A DNA stretch of 42,036 nucleotides from Deltaproteobacteria bacterium. GTDB lineage: Bacteria; Desulfobacterota; GWC2-55-46. The position numbers were made by a program, and so were the translations under genes. Location of the stretch: positions 1 to 42,036 of the forward strand of contig JACRLF010000008.1 in assembly GCA_016235365.1 (NCBI GenBank), written 5' to 3'. The notes under the pieces were generated by a model. The model ran no database searches. It saw nothing but the letters and a program-made list of their open reading frames with translations, and was not told the DNA's origin. The stretch's first letter is position 1. Each line of letters begins with the position of its first letter. Positions 19,941 to 28,354 of the stretch are shown here, in pieces.

Positions 19941-22234
19941 TCAATGCGCCGCCGGAGACCCCTCTGTCCGCTCCCTCCACGGGTCCTTGAGCACGCTCAG
20001 GGCCGCTTCAAGCCTCTGGTTTAAGGCCTTCCTGTTGGGGAGGTCGTCCACGACCCCCTTCTTTACGGCGTCGAGCCCGGCCCTCTCCAGCCATTTATAC
20101 GTCCTCTCCCCGTAGTCCGCCGCCTCCCTGTAGAGCTGGATGAACGCGGCCGTCATCTCCATGACCTCTTCCTCCGTCTTGACGGTAGCGAGGCGCTTGC
20201 CGACCTTGAGCTCTATGCCGCCGCATCCGCCGACGTAGATATCCCACCCGCCGGTTACTCCGACCACCCCGACGTCCTTTATGAGCGACTCGGCGCAGTT
20301 CCTCGGGCATCCCGTCACGCCCACCTTGAGCTTGGCGGGCGTCCAGAGGCATTTCAAGTGCCTCTCCATCTCCTGCCCGAGCCCCAGAGAGTCCTGCGTG
20401 CCGTACCTGCAGAACTGAGAGCCGACGCAGGTCTTGACCGTCCTCAACGCCTTGCCGTAGGCGAACCCGGAATCCATGTCGAGGTCCTTCCATATGGAGG
20501 CGAGGTCGTCCCTCTTGACGCCGAGGAGGTCTATCCTCTGGCCGCCGGTGAACTTCACGAGCGGGACCCTGTACTTTACGGCCACGTCCGCGATCCTTTT
20601 AAGCTCTCCGGGGTCTGTCACGCCCCCGTACATCCTCGGCACGACGGAAAAGGTGCCGTCCTTCTGTATATTGGCGTGCGCCCTCTCGTTCACCAGGCGC
20701 GAGGTCTGGTCGTCCTCGCTCTGCCCCGGCCAGACCATCGACACGTAGTAGTTGAGCGCGGGCCTGCACAGGTCGCACCCGACCGTCTCCCAGCCGAGGG
20801 TATCCATGACCTCCCTGACGGACTTGAGCCCCCGCTCCCTGATGTTCTTTATCACGTCGTCCCTCGAGTACCTGGTGCAGCCGCAGATGTTGGTGGGCTG
20901 TGGGCGGCCCTGGAAGTTGGAGCCGAGCGTGGCCTCTAATATCTGGTCAACGACAGAGGCGCACCCGCCGCATGAGCCCGACGCCTTGGTCTCCCTCTTC
21001 ACGTCGTCCCTTGTAAAGAGGCCCTTTTTCTCTATGGCCTCGACTATCATCTTCTTGGTTACGCCGTTGCACCCGCACACTATCGCGTCATCCGGCATCG
21101 CCTCCACGGAAGAGATGGCCTTGCCTCCGGCGGCGGTGTCCCCGAACATCAGGCTCTTTCTCTTCTGAGAGACGTCCGTGGACTCTCCATGTACTCGATG
21201 GATTCGGCGCCCATGCCCTCGTCTATGACGCCGGCGGAATACAGGTCTATGCCCGGTATCTTAAGCCTTGTAGAGACGGCCTGGGGCTTGAATACGAGGC
21301 GGCAGTCCCCGGCGAGATGGTTCGCGAGCACCCGTGCCTGCTCGAATATCGGCCCGACGAGGCCGAAGGTAGAGCCCCTGTGCTCAACGCACTCGCCGAC
21401 CGAGTATACGGCCGGGTCGTAGGTCTGCATGCAGTCGCTGACGACTATCCCCTTGCGGCAGTATATCCCGGAAGACTCCGCAAGGGCCTTGTTCGGGACT
21501 ATCCCCACGGACATGACGACGATATCGGCCTCGGCCTCCGTCCCGTCCTTGAACTTTACGGCCGAGACCTTCCCGTCCCCCAGTATCTCCACCGTCTCCT
21601 TGCCAAGGAGGACCCTTATGCCGAGCCTTTCGATATCTTCCCTGAGGAAGCCCGCGGCCGCGGCGTCGAGCTGCCTTTCCATTAGGCGCTCCATCAGGTG
21701 CACTACAGTCGTCTCCATCCCCAGGCTCAAGACCCCCCGTGCCGCTTCGAGCCCGAGGAGGCCGCCTCCTATCACCACCGCCTTGCCGCCCGTCCTGGAA
21801 AGGGACCTTATCCTCTCGCAGTCGTCCATGTCCCTGAACGAGACAACGCCTTCCCTGTCGTTGCCCGGCACCGAGAGGTTTATCGGGTGGGAGCCTGTGG
21901 CGAAGATGAGCTTGTCGTAGCGCGCCTCCACCCCACCTTCGGCCACGACGAGCCGGCTGCCCCTCCTTATCTCCCTGACCGCGCAGGCGGTGTGGAGCCT
22001 TATGCCGTTTTTTTCGTACCAGCCCCTGTCATGGAGCGTTATGTCCCCGATGGTCTTCTCCCCGGTAAGGACGTGTGAGAGGAGCACGCGGTTGTAATTC
22101 GGGTGCCTTTCCCTGCCGAATACCGTAATCTCGTACCTCTCCGGGTTTGTTTTGAGTATCTCCTCCACGCAGGCGTTCCCGGCCATGCCGTTGCCTATGA
22201 CAACGAGTCTTTCCCTGCCCTTTTTCTCTCTCAT
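19941..22234 (-). pseudogene. nirB: NAD(P)H-dependent nitrite reductase large subunit, split by a deletion/frameshift near 21185
   Basis: ORF 21149-22234 holds the FAD/NAD domains (IGNGMAG, IGGGLLGLE). ORF 19941-21149 holds two BFD 2Fe-2S domains and the siroheme motifs KTCVG.QFCRYG and GCPRNC. No nirD is adjacent. Confidence 0.85.
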
Positions 22235-22251
22235 AGCCCCTGCCTTTCTCT

Positions 22252-22293
22252 GTAAAACAGAAAGGCGCCCGGGGATTGCCGGGCGCCTTTGCC
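22252..22293 (-). terminator. ANTAR-type attenuator upstream of nirB
   Basis: Terminator AAAGGCGCCCGG-caatcc-CCGGGCGCCTTT-CTGTTTT overlapped by the hairpin GGC-AAAGGC-GCC (hexaloop with A1 and G4). Confidence 0.75.
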
Positions 22294-22437
22294 TATGGAA
22301 ACCGCCGATCCCGGCGTTGAAGCTACATCGTGTACCCGCTCTCGCTGTGCTGCGCCAAGTCGAGCCCCGCTTGTCCTCCAGGCCGCGGGAAGAGCCATCT
22401 TTAACGTATCAAGCGAGCGCAGGCTTGAAAGGAGCGG

Positions 22438-22803
<366 letters not shown>

Positions 22804-22836
22804 TCATGGGACATAGCGCGCCTTCCAACCAGTACC

Positions 22837-24408
22837 TCAGTGGGGTTTACGCACGCCGAAGTCAGGATAGGCGACGACCGACACCTCATGCTCGTCAAGC
22901 CCTTCTATCTCATGCTCCCTGGGCACCCTCATCGGGACTATCTTGTCGAGCACCCAGAAAAAGACGTACATCGTTATAAAGACAAAGACGATATTCGTAA
23001 CGGTGCCCACTATCTGCGCGCCGAATTGGCTCGCGTCCCCGTAGAAAAGCCCCCTTACCGTACCTGTCACGCCGTTGAGCCCGTCGCCGTAGGTGCCGTC
23101 AGCGAAGAGGCCGAGGGCGAGCACCCCCCACGCGCCGTTGACGCCGTGGACCGATATCGCGCCGACCGGGTCGTCAACCTTGAGCGTCCGCTCGATGAAG
23201 AAGACGCTTACGCAGACCAATACCCCGGCTATCAGCCCTATGATCACCGCCGATACGGAATTCACGAAGGCGCATGGGGCCGTTATCGCAACGAGCCCGG
23301 CGAGCATGCCGTTCGCGGACATCGATATATCGGGTTTGCCGTACCTGATCCACATGTACATCATCGAGGAGAACGCCGCCGCACCTCCGGCGAGCATTGT
23401 GTTCGTCGCTATGACCCCGATCCTCAAGTCCCCTCCCGCAAGCGTCGAGCCGGTGTTGAAGCCGAACCAGCCGAAGGCGAGGATAAAGCAGCCCACGACC
23501 GCCATTGGGATATGATGGCCGGGTATGGCCACCGGCGTGCCGTCGGCTTTGAATTTACCGAGCCTCGGGCCCAGAACCATCGCGCCCGCCAGACCCGCCA
23601 CGCCCCCCGTCATATGGACTACCGAAGACCCGGCAAAGTCGAGGTGGCCGTGGCCGAGCCCGAATTCCTTGCCCAACTGCGTAAGCCACCCGCCCCCCCA
23701 CACCCAGTTAGCGTAGAGCGGGTAGACTATTGCGGATATGAAAAACCCATAGAAGATGAACGACTTGAACGTCCAGCGCTCGGCCATCGAGCCCGTGGGG
23801 ATTGTAGCCGTGGTATCCATGAATACCATCTGGAAGAGGAAGACGGTGAATATTACGGCGTCATACGACATCCCTGAGAGGAAAAACCCGGTCGTGCCGA
23901 AGAGCCCGAAGTCCCTGCCGAAGAGGTGCACCGTAAATTCGTGGCTCAGGCTCGTGGCGCCCCCGAGAGAGGCCACCCCTCCGACCCCTCCCATCTGGAG
24001 GGCAAAGCCGCAGACCCAGTAGCCGAGCATGCCGAGGGCGTAGATCATGAAGTTCATCGCCATGGTGTGTCCCGCGTTCTTGGCCTGGGTAAAGCCGGTC
24101 TCGGCCATGGCGAACCCGGCCTGCATGAACATGACGAGGAAGCCGCAGACAAGCGTCCATACGATGTTTATGGCTATCCTGTTGTGTCCGACGACGTCGG
24201 CGAGCTTCGCGGCCAGGGGTTCGTTTGTCGCGAGGTTCTTAAGCTCATCCGCGGTCGGCGCATTGGCCGTGGCCCCGACCACGTCGGCCGCGCCGCCTAT
24301 CGACGCGCCGGAGGGGTCGGGGACCGGCCCTCCATCTGCAAAGGCCGCGCAGGCGGAAAATAGCATGCCTATCAGTAAAAAGATGCTCAGTAACCGTCTT
24401 ATTCGCAT
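22837..24408 (-). CDS. amtB: Ammonium transporter
   Basis: FMQAGFAM, LDFAGSSVVH, FGWFGFN, DDPVGAISVHG; signal peptide; GGAGG RBS. Confidence 0.97.
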   Translation of the reverse strand: MRIRRLLSIFLLIGMLFSACAAFADGGPVPDPSGASIGGAADVVGATANAPTADELKNLATNEPLAAKLADVVGHNRIAINIVWTLVCGFLVMFMQAGFAMAETGFTQAKNAGHTMAMNFMIYALGMLGYWVCGFALQMGGVGGVASLGGATSLSHEFTVHLFGRDFGLFGTTGFFLSGMSYDAVIFTVFLFQMVFMDTTATIPTGSMAERWTFKSFIFYGFFISAIVYPLYANWVWGGGWLTQLGKEFGLGHGHLDFAGSSVVHMTGGVAGLAGAMVLGPRLGKFKADGTPVAIPGHHIPMAVVGCFILAFGWFGFNTGSTLAGGDLRIGVIATNTMLAGGAAAFSSMMYMWIRYGKPDISMSANGMLAGLVAITAPCAFVNSVSAVIIGLIAGVLVCVSVFFIERTLKVDDPVGAISVHGVNGAWGVLALGLFADGTYGDGLNGVTGTVRGLFYGDASQFGAQIVGTVTNIVFVFITMYVFFWVLDKIVPMRVPREHEIEGLDEHEVSVVAYPDFGVRKPH

Positions 24409-24514
24409 TTTATTCCTCCGGAAATCATCCTTCTTTAATGGGTGGCCGTTTTAGAGGCCGTGTGAGTTTGATAACTGGCCGTTAAAAAATCCGTGTCGCA
24501 TGTCGTCCGCTGAA

Positions 24515-24562
24515 AATGCATAGCGAGTGCCCAGCCCGTAGATAGCCGCGGGAGAGCTTCAA
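24515..24562 (+). mobile_element. Family A element, copy 4 (degenerate, internally deleted) in the amtB leader
   Basis: TGAA|AATGCATAGCGAGTG...GCCGCGGGAGAGCTTCAA. Confidence 0.7.
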
Positions 24563-24674
24563 CCATCCGGGCTCGATACCCTGAGTTGAAACTATACCCG
24601 CCGCGGTTGGGACTATAACCCCTCTATCGATGCCTTGCCGATACCCTCCTCCCGGGATGTTTTTATGGAGGGGG

Positions 24675-24761
24675 AAAAGTCGCCCCCCTTGGCAGTGATA
24701 AGGCGCCTTTGCCTTATCTTGCGGCTTGCTATGGACAATTCAAGGTTACGCCGTTGTAACC
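24675..24761 (-). promoter_or_regulatory. ANTAR dual-hairpin RNA motif in the amtB leader
   Basis: GGTTAC-AACGGC-GTAACC (24761-24744) and GATAAGGC-AAAGGC-GCCTTATC (24718-24697). The second can alternatively pair with downstream GGGGCGACTTTT. Confidence 0.75.
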
Positions 24762-24807
24762 GGATATCTGACGGGGATAACCCGGTCATTTATATGTAAA
24801 GCGTTTC

Positions 24808-24823
24808 TGCAACTTCAGTGCCA
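24808..24823 (-). promoter_or_regulatory. sigma54 promoter of amtB-glnK(-nirB)
   Basis: TGGCAC-TGAAG-TTGCA, a perfect -24/-12 consensus. Confidence 0.85.
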
Positions 24824-24916
24824 CTCGAAATAACGTCTTTATTTAGCGCGATTCAAAAAAAAGCGCCGCCTTCGAATGCGGTCTTGCCGAATATATAATC
24901 ATGGGCTGCACACAAA

Positions 24917-25630
24917 TCAGTCAATCGCCCTTAAAAACCTCTCTACCGCCGTATTGCCGTATCTGAGAAGGTCCGGGACGTTGCGCGGGGTCTCTTCCAC
25001 TATCTTTCCGGGGTCTATGACGCCCTTCAGTGCCTCAAGCTCCCGGCCGTTTACCTCTATCCAGTCCTTTATCATATCCCCGGTCACCTCAAGGTGGAAC
25101 TGCACGCCGTAGGCGTTCCTACCAACGCGTATGAGCTGATTTGGGAACATCTCCGAGGATGCGAGGTTGACGGCGCCGGGGGGGACGTCGAACGTGTCGC
25201 CGTGCCATTGAAAGACGGTAAACTCCTCGGGGAACCCCAGAAAGAGCCTGTCCGCCATCCCATCAATCGTGAGCCTTACTTTGTACCACCCTATCTCCTT
25301 GCCCTTACCCTTATACACCCTCGCCCCGGCCGCCCTGGCGAGCATCTGGGACCCGAGGCATACGCCTAAGAACGGCAGGCCGGACCTCAGGACCGACTCG
25401 ATGAGCCGGAGCTCCGCGCTTATGAACGGATGGATATCCTCCTCATATACCCCCATAGGGCCGCCGAGCGCTATGACCGCCGAATAACCCTGCGCGGTCC
25501 GGGGCAGACCCTGCCCCCTGAATACCTTTATGAACTCTGGCGCGAACCCGGCCCTTCTCAGAGGGGCCTCTATTATGCCGAGCCCTTCGCACTCCACGTG
25601 CTGTATGACAAGAACTTTTTTAAAGGCCAT
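24917..25630 (-). CDS. Class I glutamine amidotransferase
   Basis: LGGPMGVYE, GVCLGSQ (nucleophile Cys), WHGDTF, QFHLE. Confidence 0.92.
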   Translation of the reverse strand: MAFKKVLVIQHVECEGLGIIEAPLRRAGFAPEFIKVFRGQGLPRTAQGYSAVIALGGPMGVYEEDIHPFISAELRLIESVLRSGLPFLGVCLGSQMLARAAGARVYKGKGKEIGWYKVRLTIDGMADRLFLGFPEEFTVFQWHGDTFDVPPGAVNLASSEMFPNQLIRVGRNAYGVQFHLEVTGDMIKDWIEVNGRELEALKGVIDPGKIVEETPRNVPDLLRYGNTAVERFLRAID

Positions 25631-25693
25631 GACGGATTCCTTTACGGGTCGCTAACCGTTCTTTCCCTCAAACGCCATAATACAGATTCATTA

Positions 25694-25814
25694 AGGCCGC
25701 TCAAAAGGCTCCAGATGCAAGGAGCCGAGGAGCGAGGAATGAGGCGTAGTGCGTTGCTACGCCGCAGTGACGAGCGACGATGACGACACCGCAGATGGGG
25801 CTTTTTCAGCGGCC
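25694..25814. mobile_element. MITE family B copy, lying between a 29-bp direct repeat
   Basis: Imperfect TIR GGCCGCTCAAAAGG / CTTTTTCAGCGGCC; homologous to 6-137; direct repeat 25650-25678 = 25814-25842. Confidence 0.75.
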
Positions 25815-25815
25815 G

Positions 25816-26394
25816 CTAACCGTTCTTTCCCTCAAACGCCATTATAAGCACCTCGGCTATCTCGGCCATCGTCTTCCTCTTATCCATGCTTATCTTTCTT
25901 ATGCGGGAGAACGCCTCGTTCTCGGAGAGCCTCTCCCTCTCCATCAGGAGCCCCTTGGCCCGCTCTATGAGCTTTCTCTCCTGTATGGCGTTTTTAAGGT
26001 CGCGGTTCTCCTTCTTCAGGTTCTGGAACTCCTGAAAACGGGAGAGCGCGAGCTCTATGGCGGGCCTCAGGTCCTCAAGCCTCACGGGTTTCATGAGGTA
26101 CGCCATGACCCCGGCCTGCGCGGCCCTCTTTACCGTATCCTCGTCCCAGATCGCGGTCAGGAGCACCACCGGCACCGGACAATCCCTCCCGATCTCGGAC
26201 GCCGCGCATACGCCGTCCTTGACCGGCATCTTGACGTCCATGATGACGAGGTCCGGGCCCTTTGTCCTGCATATCTCCACGGCCTCCTGCCCGTTGCTCC
26301 CCTCCGCGACAACGGTGAAGCCGCACTCCTCGACAAGGCCCTTTACCACGAAACGCTCTTTCGCGTTATCGTCTATTATGGCGATCCTCTTCAT
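25816..26394 (-). CDS. Receiver-ANTAR response regulator (NasT/GnfR-like antiterminator)
   Basis: PDLVIMDVKMP receiver; ANTAR segment RKLIERAKGLLM...EAFSRIRKISMDKR. Confidence 0.93.
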   Translation of the reverse strand: MKRIAIIDDNAKERFVVKGLVEECGFTVVAEGSNGQEAVEICRTKGPDLVIMDVKMPVKDGVCAASEIGRDCPVPVVLLTAIWDEDTVKRAAQAGVMAYLMKPVRLEDLRPAIELALSRFQEFQNLKKENRDLKNAIQERKLIERAKGLLMERERLSENEAFSRIRKISMDKRKTMAEIAEVLIMAFEGKNG

Positions 26395-26408
26395 GTCCGA
26401 TTTAAAAT

Positions 26409-26424
26409 AGCAAGAACAATGCCG
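26409..26424 (-). promoter_or_regulatory. Possible sigma54 promoter of the ANTAR gene
   Basis: CGGCAT-TGTTC-TTGCT (GG-N10-GC); this would give an almost leaderless mRNA. Confidence 0.45.
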
Positions 26425-26538
26425 CCGTGATTTTACGGGGTTTTAAGCGGTTCAGGGCGTATCTTTGCCTGAGCGGGCGCGGGGTCTGCGGTTTTTTAAG
26501 GCTGGAGTGATGAAATTTTATGCAGATTTGAACATGCC

Positions 26539-26654
26539 TTGAAGATTCCCCGCGGCTTGCCGCGGGGAATCTTCGACATATAAGGAAGTATCTATTTCTA
26601 TTCGCTCGCTTGACCCCGCAGCTTGGCTATCGGGGAATGCGCTCGCTATGCATG
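26539..26654 (-). mobile_element. Family A element, copy 5, inserted in the 3' end of glgA
   Basis: Follows TGAA of ...TAC ATG AA; supplies the residues NMHSERIPR*. Confidence 0.85.
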
Positions 26655-28197
26655 TTCATGTAGATATCCTTATACCTCCTTGCGGAGGCTTCCCACGAAA
26701 AGACCTCCCTCATCCCCTCCGCCTGAAGCGCCTTCCAGGCCTTTTTATCTCCGTAGGCCGCAATGGCCTCCATGACCTTGGCCGTCAGGGCCTCCGGGGA
26801 GTATTCGGCGAACTTGAAGCCGTTGGGGTTCTCCTCCGCGTAATCGCGCACCGTGTCATCGAGCCCGCCCGTGGCCCTGACGACCGGGACAGTGCCGTAC
26901 CTGAGGCTGTACATCTGGTTGAGGCCGCAGGGCTCGAACCTGGAAGGCATCAGGAAGATGTCGCTCCCCGCCTCCACAAGGTGCGACAGCCTGTGGTTGA
27001 AGGCTATCCTGACCGAGAGCTTTTCAGGATAGCGGACTGCCAGCCCTTTGATGAGGTCCTGGTACTTCCTGTCCCCTGAGCCGAGTATTACCATCCCGAG
27101 GCCGCGCTCCATAAGCTTCGGCATGGCGTCGCAGAGGATGTCGAACCCCTTCTGCTCTGCAAGCCTCGATATCATGCCTATGAGGGGGACTCCCGCCTTC
27201 AACTCAAGGCCAAACTCCTTGAGGAGGGCCTGTTTGCATATAGCCTTGCCACTTAAGTCTCTCTCCGAGTACCTTGCAGGGATGAGCGGGTCTGTCTCCG
27301 GGTTCCACTCGCCGTAGTCTATGCCGTTTATAACGCCGTGAAGGTCCTTGCTCCTTTTCTGCAAGACCCCTTCGAGCCCTGCTCCGTACTCCTTTGTCTG
27401 TATCTCCCTGCCGTACGCCTCGCTTACGGTCGTTATCATCCCGGAGAATACAAGCCCGGCCTTAAGCAGGTTCATCTTGCCCCAGAACTCAAGCCCCTCA
27501 GGGCCGAAGAGCTCTGGGCTCAAGCCAGTAAGCCGGAAAAGCTCCGCCGGAAAAACGCCCTGGTACGCGATGTTGTGGACAGTGAATACCGTGGCGGTCC
27601 TTGAAAAGAACGGGTCTTTGCCGTATGAATCCCTGAGATACGCCGGGATCAATCCCGTCTGCCAGTCGTTGCAGTGTATCACGTCGGGCCTGAACCCTAT
27701 GGCCTTGGCGGTTTCTATCACGGCCCTTGAGAAAAAGGCGAACCTCTCGAGGTTGTCGAAGTAGTCCCCTTCCGGAGTGCCGTAGAGAAAACTCCTGTCA
27801 AAGTACTCGTCGCGCCTTATGAAAAAGACGGGCACGCCCTTTGATGTCCCCTTCAACACCTCCACCCCTATCTTTCTCAAGCCCACGGGGACCGCCACGT
27901 CTATATCGACCGGCTTGACGTCGAAACCGCCCTCGGCCACCTGCCTGTGGAAAGGGAGGATGAGCGCCACGTTGCAGCCGAGGTCTTTGAGCGCGACGGC
28001 CAATGACCCGGCCACCTCCGCGAGCCCGCCGGTCTTGGCAAAAGGGATCGCCTCCGGGGAGGCTATCAATACATTGAAGCTCCCCGCGGCTTTTCCGCGG
28101 GAATCTTCGACATATAAGGAAGTATCTATTTCCATTCGCTCGCTTGCCCCCGCAGCAAGCTGCGGAGAATGCGCTCGCTATGCATGTTCAGGCCCAT
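26627..28197 (-). CDS. glgA: Glycogen synthase; native start 28197 is separated by a family A insertion, and the element supplies an in-frame ATG at 28135
   Basis: KTGGL, HCNDWQT, HNIAYQG, SRLAEQKG, PSRFEPCGLNQ, TGGLDDTV. Confidence 0.93.
28074..28186 (-). mobile_element. Family A element, copy 6, inserted in codon 4 of glgA
   Basis: ATG GGC CTG AA|element|T GTA TTG ATA GCC; removing it gives MGLNVLIASPE. Confidence 0.85.
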
Positions 28198-28203
28198 GGC
28201 GCA

Positions 28204-28232
28204 AACTTAACAGAAAAAAGAGGGGGTTTCAA
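28204..28232 (-). promoter_or_regulatory. sigma70 promoter predicted to give a leaderless glgA mRNA
   Basis: TTGAAA-N17-(TGT)TAAGTT, then 6 nt to the ATG at 28197; no SD. Confidence 0.5.
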
Positions 28233-28354
28233 GGGGATTTGGAAGGCCGTCATTCAGTACCGTCGTTTTGGTTTGCCTATCAAGCGCGGTTTATGTTAAA
28301 AATATATATACACTTACGGGCGCGCCCTTACATAATTTCCCCTGGAGATTAGAC

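Noticed and set aside
21149-21151. TGA in nirB as a selenocysteine codon or a natural gene split
   Set aside because: The downstream domain is in a different frame and a conserved segment is missing; deletion plus frameshift fits better.
22345-22360. sigma54 promoter before nirB (TTGGCGCAGCACAGC)
   Set aside because: GG-to-GC spacing is 9 rather than the required 10.
26528-26537. TTGAACATGC next to copy 5, resembling an opposite-facing family A left end
   Set aside because: Only 10 nt, and it also reads as the plausible native glgA tail; cannot be resolved from this sequence.
28268-28354. Upstream extension of the pcrA ORF
   Set aside because: AT-rich promoter-like sequence; UvrD-like sequence begins near LKSLNP and an RBS precedes the TTG at 28355.
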